Positions 10,613 through 20,465 of a stretch of 64,000 nt of DNA are shown here, piece by piece; the stretch's first letter is position 1, and each line of letters opens with the position of its first letter. The stretch is from an uncultured delta proteobacterium. GTDB lineage: Bacteria; Myxococcota_A; Polyangia; Polyangiales; JAFGIB01. The notes under the pieces were generated by a model. The model made no database searches and was not told the DNA's origin. It was given only the letters and a program-made list of their open reading frames with translations. Position numbers and translations under genes: made by a program. The stretch spans positions 160,001-224,000 of the forward strand of contig CAVZVA010000009.1 in the NCBI GenBank assembly GCA_963778655.1. The letters run 5' to 3'.

Positions 10613-10789
10613 ATGCCTGTGTGCAAGAGCTGTGGCGAGGACGTCGACGAGATCATGGCGGTCCGGGTGGACGGGCGCGTCAAGAAGCTCTGCGAGAGCT
10701 GCGCCGACGAGGCTGCGGAACAGCAGGAGATCGCGCAGCAGAGCGAGGCCGCCGTCCAGCAGATGATGGGCTACAAGGGACGTCGCTGA
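10613..10789 (+). CDS. Small 58-aa protein with two CxxC motifs (putative zinc finger); not in the ORF track
   Basis: AAGGAG RBS at 10602-10607; MPVCKSCGEDVDEIMAVRVDGRVKKLCESCADEAAEQQEIAQQSEAAVQQMMGYKGRR; mostly G/C third positions. Confidence 0.8.
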   Translation: MPVCKSCGEDVDEIMAVRVDGRVKKLCESCADEAAEQQEIAQQSEAAVQQMMGYKGRR

Positions 10790-10791
10790 CG

Positions 10792-11904
10792 TTAGAGCGA
10801 GCTGGTGACGTCGGGGGCCCAGCTCGGTTGAACGATCGGCTTGGGCTTCTTGGTCCAGGGCATCTCGAACGCGAATGCGGGGGCGGGCGTGCCGTCGGGG
10901 AACGCCGCGCCGATCATGTTGACCACGCGCACGACCGGCGAGATCGGGTCCGCGGTCACGACTACGCCGCAGCGCTCGCCCTGGCAGATCGGCGCGATCG
11001 TTCGCTGCAGCGCCGAAGGGCCCTTGAGCGCCTCGGCGTAGCGGAACTGGAACAGCGCCTGCGTCGAGGGATCGCCGTTGAGCAGGATGTCGACCATGTC
11101 GTCGCGGCTGATGCGGCCCTGCAGGAAGTCTTCCTTCTTGGTGGCCAGCTGCTGCGCCCACGCGTGCTCTTCTGCGCGCTCCTGTTCCGGCGTCAGGCCG
11201 CAGCGGTAGAAGTCCACGTTGATGCCGCGCCCCGACGCGAACAGCTCGATCTTGAGCACGCCACCTTTGGCGAACACGCCGTCCACGTAGGCGCAGTTGC
11301 CGCTCTGCGCGGTGCGGCAGCCATCGTGGATCTCTTGCCAGTGCGCGGTGAAGTCGTCCCAGGTTCGCTCCTTGACGCCCTGAATGGGCGGCACGTCGTC
11401 GGCCTTGGAGCTCATCACGAAGTTGTCGGCGTTCAGCCAGCCGGTCTTGGGGCTGGCGCCGGTCTCGCGCACCTGAAACGCCGCGTTCATCACGCCCGCC
11501 TTCTTGGCGGTGTTGAGCACCAGCGCCACGGTCTCGTAAGGCACGTTGGCGCCGAGGCGCAGCGCGATGGTCGAGCGCGGATTGGAACCGAGCAGGCTGG
11601 AGAGCTTGGGGATGGTGCCGTCGCGCTTGTCGGCGTCGGTGACCTTGCCCTTGTCGAGCGCGACCACCGGCGTGCCGTCGATGCGCAGCTGCTCGCCCGT
11701 GGCCTCGATCTGGCGCGACCCCGTGGGTGGTGCATCGGCGTTGCGCAGCGAGACCGGCAGCTCCATGTCCGCCAGGGGCCGGCCGACCTCGTTTTCGGCG
11801 CTGGCGCCCGGTGGAAGCGCGTCGGCGCCCCCGCGGTGGCAGCCGGACGCGGCCAGGTCGAGCGTCAGAGATGCGACGATTACACAGAGGCATCGAGTGT
11901 ACAT
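10792..11904 (-). CDS. Putative lipoprotein with ExbD/TolR-like periplasmic domain(s)
   Basis: AASG-C lipobox-like; IALRLGANVPYETVALVLNTAKKAG and a second similar segment VVVTADPISPVVRVVNMIGAA. Confidence 0.65.
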   Translation of the reverse strand: MYTRCLCVIVASLTLDLAASGCHRGGADALPPGASAENEVGRPLADMELPVSLRNADAPPTGSRQIEATGEQLRIDGTPVVALDKGKVTDADKRDGTIPKLSSLLGSNPRSTIALRLGANVPYETVALVLNTAKKAGVMNAAFQVRETGASPKTGWLNADNFVMSSKADDVPPIQGVKERTWDDFTAHWQEIHDGCRTAQSGNCAYVDGVFAKGGVLKIELFASGRGINVDFYRCGLTPEQERAEEHAWAQQLATKKEDFLQGRISRDDMVDILLNGDPSTQALFQFRYAEALKGPSALQRTIAPICQGERCGVVVTADPISPVVRVVNMIGAAFPDGTPAPAFAFEMPWTKKPKPIVQPSWAPDVTSSL

Positions 11905-12120
11905 GTCTCGCACAATGCCGCAGGCCGTTCGCGGCGTATGCCCCCAAATGGAGACATTTGAGCGTACCGAAGCTGGCGCGAATTGGGCTCCGCGGAGCGG
12001 AAGTGTGGGCAACGACAGCACATATTCGTGGCTTGGCCGGACGTGCTCGACGTGTGCCTGGACCGGAAAAAGAGCCGACCCCATTTGGCTACGGCCAGCG
12101 CTCCGTGCTACCCGCGGGCC

Positions 12121-12672
12121 ATGCGACTGCACCGACTTGGCTTGATCGCGGGGATTTCACTGGCGCTGGGGGCGTGGGGCGCGGGTTGCGGCTCCAGCTC
12201 CGGCAAACAGAACGCAGCGGGTAACTCCGGCGATGGTGGCGCGGCCCAGGGCTCCGCCGGCAAGGGCAGCGGCTCGGGCGCGGCCGGGGGGGACTCCAGC
12301 GCGAGCTCGAGTGGCAGCGGCTCGGGCTCGAGCGGGTCCGGCAGCGGCTCAGGGTCCAGCGGCAGCGGCTCGGGCTCCAATGGCTCCGGCGGCGGCAGCT
12401 CCGGCAGCGGCAGCTCGGGTTCCGGCAGCGGCTCCGGCGATTGGTTCTGCACGCAGGTCAATGACGCGTGCTCGTGCGTGTTGGTCCCCGGCGGGATCAC
12501 CGGCGATATGTGCGACACGCCCAAGCCGGGGTGCTGCTTCACGCTCACCAGCGACGGCACCGCCACCGGCGGCCTGCTCGGCTGCCAGTGCTGGCCGAAC
12601 GACAGCTCGACCTGCAGCGGGATCAAGCAGGCCGGCGGCGGTTACAAGACCGTCTCGACCTGCCCTCCGTGA
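12121..12672 (+). CDS. Lipoprotein with Gly/Ser linker and small Cys-rich domain
   Basis: GAG-C lipobox, (GS)n linker, C-terminal Cys-rich module. Confidence 0.75.
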   Translation: MRLHRLGLIAGISLALGAWGAGCGSSSGKQNAAGNSGDGGAAQGSAGKGSGSGAAGGDSSASSSGSGSGSSGSGSGSGSSGSGSGSNGSGGGSSGSGSSGSGSGSGDWFCTQVNDACSCVLVPGGITGDMCDTPKPGCCFTLTSDGTATGGLLGCQCWPNDSSTCSGIKQAGGGYKTVSTCPP

Positions 12673-12697
12673 GCCACGTGCCGCGCTGGACGCGCAC

Positions 12698-13960
12698 TCA
12701 GCCGAAGCTGCGCACGACGAACCAGTAGATGCCGAGCCCGCACAGCGCGGCGGATGCGGTCTGGTCGAAAAGTGCGCGCAGTCCTGCCTGCCGGCTCCGG
12801 CGCAACCCGAGCAAGACCGGCCACAGCAGCAAGACGATCACGAGCTGTCCCAGCTCGACCCCCAAGTTGAAGCCGAGCAGCGCGGGCGCCAGCCGCGCGC
12901 GCGGCAGCTCGAGCGCCTTCATCGCGCCCGCGAAACCGAAGCCGTGAATCAGCCCGAACGCGAACGCGATCACGATCCGCAGCCGTGAGGGCGCGCGCGC
13001 GCGCCACAGCAGCCCGAAGTGACAGGCGCAGAACAGCGAGAGCCCGAGCAGCGCCGCGCGCGTGACCACCCCGCCGCCCGCGAGCGCGAGCGCCGGCAGG
13101 CTCAGCACGGCAAACGCGGGAATGCTCGCAGCCGGGCCCACGCGCGGCGCTTCGAGCGCAGTCGCTCCGCCAGCGGGCGCCTGGCCCTCCGGGGCCCGCG
13201 CCAGCAGCCAGCAATTCTCGGCGCCGAGCAGCGCGATCGAAAAGCCGATTAGCGCCTCGACCGGGGCCGGGTCGGGGCGCGCGATGCCGAGCACCGACAG
13301 CGCGAGCGTCGCGCTGTGCGCCAGCGTGAAGCTCGTCACCAGCGCCACCACCTCGCGCGCTCGACTCGCCAGCAGCAGCAGGCCCAGCAGGAAGGCCATG
13401 TGATCCCAGCCCGTGAGCAGGTGCTGAACGCCCAGCCGCAGGTAGTCCAGCAGCGAGCTGCCCTCGGGCGCGGCGCCCGGTCCGAAGGCGTCGATCGTCC
13501 AACTCGGATGCGACAGATCCAGCACCTGGTCGAGCACGTGTCCGCGCCCGTCGTCGAGCCGCACCAGATGGCGGTGCCCGCTCTTCAACAAGCGCACGAA
13601 GCGCGCCGTGATGCGGCGCGCGCCGCGGCTCTCGCAGCGCACGTGCCAGCTCATCACGACCCAACCCGAATCGCTGGCCACGCTGGTCGCGGCGCCGCGC
13701 GGCGCGCAGATCTCGTCGCCCGCCTGAAGCACCAGCTGCCGCTGCAGCACGCGGGCTGCCTGCGCGCCCTGATCCGCGGCGGGGTCGAGCTCGAAGCCGA
13801 TCAGCTCCAGGTCTCGGGTCGTGATCTGTATGCGCACCTGCGCGCCGCCGGGCTCGAACGTCCAGAACGAATAGGAGAGCGGGCGCGAGTGGGCCCGGGC
13901 GCGCGCCGGGGCGAGCGCGCAGGGCAGGGCGAGGGCGAGCGCCAGGATCGCACGTCTCAT
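12698..13960 (-). CDS. HupE/UreJ family membrane protein
   Basis: Signal peptide A-H; GVQHLLTGWDHMAFL, FTLAHSATL, FGLIHGFGFA, GFNLGVELGQ. Confidence 0.92.
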   Translation of the reverse strand: MRRAILALALALPCALAPARARAHSRPLSYSFWTFEPGGAQVRIQITTRDLELIGFELDPAADQGAQAARVLQRQLVLQAGDEICAPRGAATSVASDSGWVVMSWHVRCESRGARRITARFVRLLKSGHRHLVRLDDGRGHVLDQVLDLSHPSWTIDAFGPGAAPEGSSLLDYLRLGVQHLLTGWDHMAFLLGLLLLASRAREVVALVTSFTLAHSATLALSVLGIARPDPAPVEALIGFSIALLGAENCWLLARAPEGQAPAGGATALEAPRVGPAASIPAFAVLSLPALALAGGGVVTRAALLGLSLFCACHFGLLWRARAPSRLRIVIAFAFGLIHGFGFAGAMKALELPRARLAPALLGFNLGVELGQLVIVLLLWPVLLGLRRSRQAGLRALFDQTASAALCGLGIYWFVVRSFG

Positions 13961-14847
13961 GGCGGCGGGTCCGTTGCGCTGATCCGCGCCTGCTTGCGCA
14001 GCGTCGCGAGCCTTGCCGTGAACACCTGATCCGCGACCTGCTCCCGGTAGCGCGCGAGCACCTGCGCGCGTGCCTGCTCGAGCGTGGGGATCTCCGCGGG
14101 CTGCTTGGCCACCAGCTGGATCACGCGCAGCAACGTGCCGGAGCCGAGCACGTCGCTGACCTGGCCGGGCTCGAGCCGCAGCACGGCCTGCGTCGCAATC
14201 GTGCCGAGCCGCCGGCTCAGGACGTCGAATGGCAGCGGCTGGTCGATCACGTCCTGCTGGTTCGGGCTGGCGAGCTCGGCGCGCACCCGTTCGAAGGGCT
14301 CGCCGGCGCGCAGGCGCCGCACGGCCTGCGCCGCGCGCGCGCGCGCCGCGGGCTCGTCGCGCCGGCCGGCGAAGCGGATCAGCAGCTGCCGGACGTGCAG
14401 GCTGCCCGGGCGCTTGAGCTGGCTGCGGATCGTACCGTAGAACCGCTCGAGCTCCGCCTCCGTCGGGGTCTGCGCTTGGCCCGGGGCGCGCTCGGCGGTG
14501 AAGACCGCGCTCAGCAGTGCGTCGCGCGTTGGTTGATCGGCGCGCACCATCCCGAGCGCGATCCCGTGCTCGATCAGCAGCTCGTCATCGACCAGCCGCT
14601 GCAGCGCGGCGCGCTTGTCCGCGAGGGTCGGCGCGCGCTGCTGCGTTTGCGCGACAACGCGCAGCGCGGCTTCATAGTCCGACTTGAGGATGGGCACGCC
14701 GTTGACGACCGCCACGGCCGTGCGCGGAATCGCACGCTCGGGCTTCGGCTTCGCAGTCGGCCATGCCAGGCTGCCGATGGCGAGCGCCAGACCCAACGTC
14801 GTGCCAGCCCAGAACAGCACGAGCGCGCGGGGCGGACTGCGGCCCAT
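13957..14847 (-). CDS. Parvulin/SurA-like peptidyl-prolyl isomerase or chaperone
   Basis: N-terminal TM, VAVVNGVPI, LVDDELLIEHG, LHVRQLLI, GEPFERV, LEPGQVSDVL; stop overlaps the hupE start; start 14847 or 14880. Confidence 0.8.
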   Translation of the reverse strand: MGRSPPRALVLFWAGTTLGLALAIGSLAWPTAKPKPERAIPRTAVAVVNGVPILKSDYEAALRVVAQTQQRAPTLADKRAALQRLVDDELLIEHGIALGMVRADQPTRDALLSAVFTAERAPGQAQTPTEAELERFYGTIRSQLKRPGSLHVRQLLIRFAGRRDEPAARARAAQAVRRLRAGEPFERVRAELASPNQQDVIDQPLPFDVLSRRLGTIATQAVLRLEPGQVSDVLGSGTLLRVIQLVAKQPAEIPTLEQARAQVLARYREQVADQVFTARLATLRKQARISATDPPP

Positions 14848-14902
14848 GCCCCGGGTGTAGAGCAGCCGCGCCCCGTTCACAAGGACGGGGAGCCGCCGCT
14901 CG

Positions 14903-16666
14903 TCAGCGCCCGGCCGGTGCGCCCGGCGCGAACGAGGTCTTCATCAGCACCACCGAGTAGGGGTTCCAGGTGGAGACGTTCCAGATCACGTCGAGCCCGC
15001 CGTCCCAATTGGGCGCGGTGTACGGATCGATGATGCTCGCGCCGTACAGCCGTCCCGCGTCCCACAGGATCAAGCCAGCGAGGCAGCTCGGCACGACGTC
15101 GTTGTGCTTGGAGATGCGCGCGTCGGGCACGCTGCACCTGGCGCCTGGCGTGTCCGTACACGCGGCGTTGTACAGGAAGCCGCCCGGACCGTAGGGGGCG
15201 CCCTTCCGCGTGGGGTCGCCGGGCGCGAGCAGCGGCTGCGGTGGGCTGAAGGGGCCCCAGGGGTCGTCGGCGAAGCGCAGCATGATCGCGCCGGGCGCCG
15301 CTTTGTACTGGGCGCTCGCCGGGTCGAGCAGCAGGTAGTCCGAGAGGCCGCCGCCGTACAGCATCACCCATTTCTCGATCGGAGGACCGAGCCAGCTCAG
15401 CGTGCTGTGATTGACGATGTGTAGCGGCTCGTGCGGATCGCCACCAGCCGTGCCGTCCATGGCCAGCGGCTGCGCCTGCGACTGCAGCGGCGACCAGGTG
15501 GGCTCGCCGCTGCCCGGATCGATGCCGGCGAAGTAGCGCGGCGCGAAGCGCAGCTTGCCCGCGTCGTCGAGCTGCAGCGGCAGCGCGTGCGCCATCAGGT
15601 ACAGGCGGGCCTCTCGCCCGCCCTCACCGGCGAAGCGCGGCCGCCCCCACACCAGCAGCTCGCCGTGACCGGGGCGGTAGTCGCTGCAGCCCTTGTGGCT
15701 GGAAAGGCGCGTGATGGTGCGCGCCGTGACGTTGATGAACTTGTTGGTGGGCCAGACCAGCACCGAGTCGAACACGTCGGGATCGTCGCTGCGCTGGACG
15801 CCGAGCTCGGTGTCCTCGGCGGTCGCGGCGATCTGTCCGGCGGTGGTGCAGTCGTACTGAGAGCTGGTGGTGTCGACGCACAGCGGGACGCGCGCCGCGA
15901 CGCACTGCTGGCCGGGGAAGCAACCCGTCTTCTGCGTCAGGTCGCACAGCGGCGGCACGACACCGCTGTACGACGGGTCGCACTCTCCGACGTTGTGCGA
16001 GCAGATGAAGTGGTCGTCGGTCGGGCAGGTCGCGCCGCCTTCGTCGGCCGGCTCGCCGCAGCGCGTCAGCTCCAGCCGGTCGAAAATCGCGTAGATGTGC
16101 CGTCCATCGCTGAACGCCGTGGTCGGCGCCTTGCCGAAGCCGAGGGCGAGCGAGCGCGATCCACGCAGCAGCCGCACCGGGCTGAAGTCCTTGGGCGAGT
16201 CGGGCTGGGTGCGGAAGGTGACCTTCGGCACCCGGCCGTCGAAGCGGCCCGGCAGCGTCGCCAGCGTGTCGTCGTTGTGCATCTCGTTGCAGATGTCGTC
16301 GGGCGTGGGCAGCGAATCGCCGAACATCACGAACAACCGGTGGTCGTGCTCGAAGGCGAAGCCGAGGTCGGTGCCGTACAGGTGTAGGTCGCCGAGCGGG
16401 TGCACGGCCGCGGGGCCGACCAACACGCCGAGCACCTCGGGCTTCGACACGTTCGGCAGCGGCCGAGCCGCGGCCGGTTCACCGGTCATGCACGCAGGTG
16501 CGCCGCCGTCGTCCTCGTCGCTGAGGCCAGCGCCGAGATCGCTTGCGGAAGGCAACGCGCAGCGCGGCTCCTGCGCGCGCGTGACCGGGTGCGTCGGCTT
16601 GAGCGTGGGGCAGCCGGCTGCAGTCATCATCAGCAGCAGAGTGGGCGGCAGAGCCAAACGTCGCAT
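14903..16666 (-). CDS. DUF4185-like secreted/lipoprotein with Cys-rich insert
   Basis: AAG-C; YGTDLG, MFGDS, PWGPFSPP, WNVSTWNPYSVVLMKT terminus. Confidence 0.7.
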   Translation of the reverse strand: MRRLALPPTLLLMMTAAGCPTLKPTHPVTRAQEPRCALPSASDLGAGLSDEDDGGAPACMTGEPAAARPLPNVSKPEVLGVLVGPAAVHPLGDLHLYGTDLGFAFEHDHRLFVMFGDSLPTPDDICNEMHNDDTLATLPGRFDGRVPKVTFRTQPDSPKDFSPVRLLRGSRSLALGFGKAPTTAFSDGRHIYAIFDRLELTRCGEPADEGGATCPTDDHFICSHNVGECDPSYSGVVPPLCDLTQKTGCFPGQQCVAARVPLCVDTTSSQYDCTTAGQIAATAEDTELGVQRSDDPDVFDSVLVWPTNKFINVTARTITRLSSHKGCSDYRPGHGELLVWGRPRFAGEGGREARLYLMAHALPLQLDDAGKLRFAPRYFAGIDPGSGEPTWSPLQSQAQPLAMDGTAGGDPHEPLHIVNHSTLSWLGPPIEKWVMLYGGGLSDYLLLDPASAQYKAAPGAIMLRFADDPWGPFSPPQPLLAPGDPTRKGAPYGPGGFLYNAACTDTPGARCSVPDARISKHNDVVPSCLAGLILWDAGRLYGASIIDPYTAPNWDGGLDVIWNVSTWNPYSVVLMKTSFAPGAPAGR

Positions 16667-16971
16667 CGCGTCGCATCCATCGCGCTCCCCACCGCAGAAG
16701 CGCACGCCCAGAGGCCCGCGGCTTGTATTTCACGCGTGCGCGGCACCCGGCAAGCGTGCTCGTTCGTGCGCGGCTGCATCAGGGCGCGTGGCCACGCCGG
16801 CAGGCGTTGCGGCGCGCGGTGCGGCGGCCCTGTCCGGTCAAGATCCACTTTGCCGCATGTCCGATCGCCCAGAAATTGCGCTGCGGCCGGCTGAATCGGA
16901 CCGTTGCGCGGGCTCCCTGGGGTTCCCGATCGGGGTCACATTGCAGTACACTGGTGCGACTGGAGGGTGAT

Positions 16972-18843
16972 GTGGACGAGATTTCCGCGCTGGTGGATGG
17001 GCAGACGATTGCGTCGCGCTTCGTCGAAAATTCGGAAAAGAACGCCGATTGTGTGGCCCTGCGCTGGCGCCGCGAGGACGGCAGCTACGGCCAGTGGACC
17101 TACGGCGACTACGCCGCGCGCGTGGCGCGCTGCGCCGCCGGGCTGAGGTCGCTCGGCTTTGGGCCGGGGCAGCGCCTCGTCATGATGATGCGCAATCGGC
17201 CCGAGTTCCATGTGCTCGACATGGCTGTGTATTTCTGTGGGGGCACGGCGATCTCGATCTACAACTCCTCGTCTGCCGAACAGATTCAGTATCTGGCAGC
17301 GCACTCCGAGGCCACCCTCGCGGTCGCCGAAGATCGGGCCTTCCTGGAACGCTTTCTGGCGGTGCGCGGGGCGCTGCCGGCGCTGCGCCAGCTGGGCGTG
17401 GTGGACCCCGAAGGCGCGCCCGCCGGGGTGTTCCGCTGGGACGCGCTGCTGGAGCACGCGCCGATCGACCTGGCGCAGGCCGCGCGCGCGGTCAAGCCCG
17501 GCGACCTGGCGACGCTGATCTACACCTCCGGCACGACCGGGCCGCCCAAGGCCGTGATGATCACGCACTACAACGTGGTGTGGACGGTCGAGAGCACCCG
17601 CAAGGCGCTCGAGAAGCACCCGCGCTTCGGCGAGGGCGAGACCGGGATGCGCATGGTCAGCTATCTGCCGATGGCGCACATCGCCGAGCGTATGACCAGC
17701 CACTACCAGCCGGCGTTGCTCGGCCAAGAGGTGACCTGTTGTCCGGAGCCGACGCAGATCGCGATGTACCTGCGCGAGGTCAAGCCGCACGTGGTATTCG
17801 GCGTACCGCGGGTGTGGGAGAAGATCTACGGCGGCGTGCAGGCGGCGGTCTCCGCCGATCCGGAGCGCGCCAAGAAGCTCAAAGAGGCGGTCGACGCCGC
17901 GCTGCCGCTGGTGGACAAGATCCAGGCCGGCACCGCCACCGAGCAGGAGCGCGGGCTGTACCAGTTCCTCGACGAGGTGGCGTTCAAGAACCTGCGCGCG
18001 CTGATCGGGCTCGACGAGGCGCTGATCGCGCTGACCGGCGCGGCGCCCATGCCGCGCGAGATGCAGCAGTGGTTCCGCGCGATCGGCGTGCCGCTGAGCG
18101 ACATCTACGGCATGAGCGAGTGCTGCGGCCCGATGACCTGGGCGCCGCTCGCGATCAAGCCCGGCACCGTGGGCACCGCCATGCCGGGGGTCGAGGTGAA
18201 GCTGGCCGAGGACGGCGAGATCATCTGCCGTGGCGGCAACGTGTTCAGCGGCTACTTCAAGGCCGAGGCCCAGACTCGGGACACGATCGACGAGGACGGC
18301 TGGCTGCACACCGGCGACATCGGGGTGATGGACGAGCAGGGCTACGTGCGCATCGTCGACCGCAAGAAGGAGCTGATCATCACCGCGGGCGGCAAGAACA
18401 TCAGCCCGGCCAACCTCGAGGCCGCGCTCAAGACCGTCCCGCTGATCGGTCAGGCCTGCGCGATCGGCGACGACAAGCCGTTCGTGTCGGCGCTGGTGGT
18501 GCTCGATCCGGACGTCGCCCGGGTGTGGGCGGATAAGCACGGGCTCAAGCAGGCGACGCTGGCCGAGCTGGCGCTCGATCCCCGGCTGATCGCCGAGGTC
18601 GAGGCGGGGGTCGAGCAGGCCATGGCGTCCTTCAACCGCGCCGAGAAGGTCAAGCGCATCAAGATCCTGGGCACCGACTGGGTACCGGATTCCGAGGAGC
18701 TTACGCCCACCGCCAAGCTCAAGCGCCGCACCATCCTCGCCAAATACAAGGCGGAGATCGAGGAGATGTACGCGACCACGTTGGCCCCGCCCGCGGGTGT
18801 CGGCGAGCAGGCCGCGGACGACTCCAAGCGCGCGGCGGGCTGA
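16972..18843 (+). CDS. Long-chain fatty acid-CoA ligase (AMP-dependent synthetase)
   Basis: GGAGGG RBS; IYTSGTTGPPK, YLPMAHIAER, YGMSE, WLHTGDIG, DRKKELIITAGGKN, LTPTAKLKR. Confidence 0.93.
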   Translation: MDEISALVDGQTIASRFVENSEKNADCVALRWRREDGSYGQWTYGDYAARVARCAAGLRSLGFGPGQRLVMMMRNRPEFHVLDMAVYFCGGTAISIYNSSSAEQIQYLAAHSEATLAVAEDRAFLERFLAVRGALPALRQLGVVDPEGAPAGVFRWDALLEHAPIDLAQAARAVKPGDLATLIYTSGTTGPPKAVMITHYNVVWTVESTRKALEKHPRFGEGETGMRMVSYLPMAHIAERMTSHYQPALLGQEVTCCPEPTQIAMYLREVKPHVVFGVPRVWEKIYGGVQAAVSADPERAKKLKEAVDAALPLVDKIQAGTATEQERGLYQFLDEVAFKNLRALIGLDEALIALTGAAPMPREMQQWFRAIGVPLSDIYGMSECCGPMTWAPLAIKPGTVGTAMPGVEVKLAEDGEIICRGGNVFSGYFKAEAQTRDTIDEDGWLHTGDIGVMDEQGYVRIVDRKKELIITAGGKNISPANLEAALKTVPLIGQACAIGDDKPFVSALVVLDPDVARVWADKHGLKQATLAELALDPRLIAEVEAGVEQAMASFNRAEKVKRIKILGTDWVPDSEELTPTAKLKRRTILAKYKAEIEEMYATTLAPPAGVGEQAADDSKRAAG

Positions 18844-18856
18844 GCGCGCATGGGAT

Positions 18857-20350
18857 CTAGCTGACGCGCACCTGGAGCTTGCGGCCGAACACGCGCTGGA
18901 ACAGCGGGGCTTCGTGGCTGCTGTCCCACAGCTCGAGGTCGGCGTGCGAGCGCGTCTTGAGGCTTAGCGTCACCGCCTTGCGACTGTGGCGCGCGTCCAG
19001 GCGCAGCACGGTCTGGTGATGGCTGCAATCGAGCGAGTCGGCCACGCGCAGCAGCGTAGCGAGCTTGCGCACCTGCCGGCGCTCCGCCGGGTCGAGGCCG
19101 CGCATGCCCGCATGGTCGACGTTGGGCGGGCTGCGGTCGTGATAGCGCGCGACGCAGGCGACAATCTCGCGCTCGCGGTCGGTCAGCCCGGGGATATTGG
19201 CGTTGCTGAGCAAGTAGTAGGAGTGCTTGTGGTGACGGCTGTCGCTGATCGCCTTGCCGATGTCGTGCAGCAGCGCGGCGGCCTCGAGCAGCGGCCGCGC
19301 CGTCGGCGGCAGCCGGTGCACCGCGCCCAGCTCGTCGAACAGCAGCAAGGCGATGCGGCGGACCTGCTGCGCGTGGCTCTCGTCGAAGCGCAGCCGGCGG
19401 CCCAGCCGCAGCGCTGCCGCTTCCAGCGACGCACCGCTGCCGCGGCCCTCCTGGCGCCGCAGCAGATCGATCAGGATGCCTTCGCGCAGCCCGCGGTCGA
19501 CGAAACGCACCGAGTCGAGCTTCAGGTAGAGCATCACCGCTTCGAGGATCGATGCGCCGGCCACGATCACGTCGGCGCGGCTCGGATCGATGTGGCGGCG
19601 GCGCTCGGTCAGGGTCATCTGCGCCAGCTCCTCGATCGCCAGCGTGACCTCGTCCAGCCGCGCGCGCTTGCCGCCGCGCGCCGCAAACGCCACCACCGCC
19701 CGGATCGAGCCGGAGCTGCCGAGCGCGGTCCGCACCTCGCCGATGCTCTTGACGCGCAGGCCTTGCTCAATCGTCTCCATCGCGTACTCGCGCACCAGGT
19801 CGAGCTGCTTGGGACGCACGCGGCCGCGCAACTCGAATAGCTCCGTCAAGCGCACCGAACCGAGCGCCACGCTCCACAGCGTGCGCGGTCGCTCGCCCAG
19901 CGCTTTGGCGACCTCGGTGGAGCCGCCGCCGATGTCGATGCACACCGAGTGCGCGCCTTGAGGGCGGCCTTCGAGCACGCCCGAGCAGATCAACCTGGCC
20001 TCCTCCGTGCCGGAGATCACCTCGAGCAGCAGTCCGGCCTCGGCGCGCGCGCGTTGCACGATCTCGTCGCGGTTCTTGGCTTCACGCAGCGCGCTGGTGG
20101 CTACCGCTCGGACCTTCGCCTGGTAGCGGCCGCAGATCGCGGCGTAGCGGCGCAGCGTCACCATCAGCCGGTTGGCGACCTTGCGCGAGATCCGGCCGGT
20201 CCGAAACACCCCCTCCCCGGGCCGCACGGGGTCTCTATCTTGATACAAACATCGGCGCATGCCGTTTGGCAGGCGTTGCGCCAGCTCCAGCCGGACGGCG
20301 TTGGTGCCTACATCGATTGCCGCAACTACAGGAGAATTCAGCGTTACCAT
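18857..20350 (-). CDS. ppx: Exopolyphosphatase Ppx/GppA with C-terminal HD domain
   Basis: AAIDVGTNAVR, VATSALREA, ISGTEEARL, DIGGGSTE, GLREG, LLHDIG. Confidence 0.93.
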   Translation of the reverse strand: MVTLNSPVVAAIDVGTNAVRLELAQRLPNGMRRCLYQDRDPVRPGEGVFRTGRISRKVANRLMVTLRRYAAICGRYQAKVRAVATSALREAKNRDEIVQRARAEAGLLLEVISGTEEARLICSGVLEGRPQGAHSVCIDIGGGSTEVAKALGERPRTLWSVALGSVRLTELFELRGRVRPKQLDLVREYAMETIEQGLRVKSIGEVRTALGSSGSIRAVVAFAARGGKRARLDEVTLAIEELAQMTLTERRRHIDPSRADVIVAGASILEAVMLYLKLDSVRFVDRGLREGILIDLLRRQEGRGSGASLEAAALRLGRRLRFDESHAQQVRRIALLLFDELGAVHRLPPTARPLLEAAALLHDIGKAISDSRHHKHSYYLLSNANIPGLTDREREIVACVARYHDRSPPNVDHAGMRGLDPAERRQVRKLATLLRVADSLDCSHHQTVLRLDARHSRKAVTLSLKTRSHADLELWDSSHEAPLFQRVFGRKLQVRVS

Positions 20351-20410
20351 CGCAATCCGGCAGGCTTCAGGCCAAATCTGCCACCTGACCGAGGGATACA
20401 ATTCGCGGAT

Positions 20411-20440
20411 CCGTCACAGGACTGGCACATCGCTTAGACT
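20411..20440 (+). promoter_or_regulatory. Pho-box-like direct repeat and -10-like TAGACT upstream of ppk1
   Basis: CCGTCAC-AGGA-CTGGCAC (11-bp period); TAGACT at 20435-20440. Confidence 0.55.
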
Positions 20441-20465
20441 GTTTCACCATCAAGATAGGCCCCTT

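Noticed and set aside
12260..12438. Gly/Ser repeat region
   Set aside because: Ordinary low-complexity lipoprotein linker
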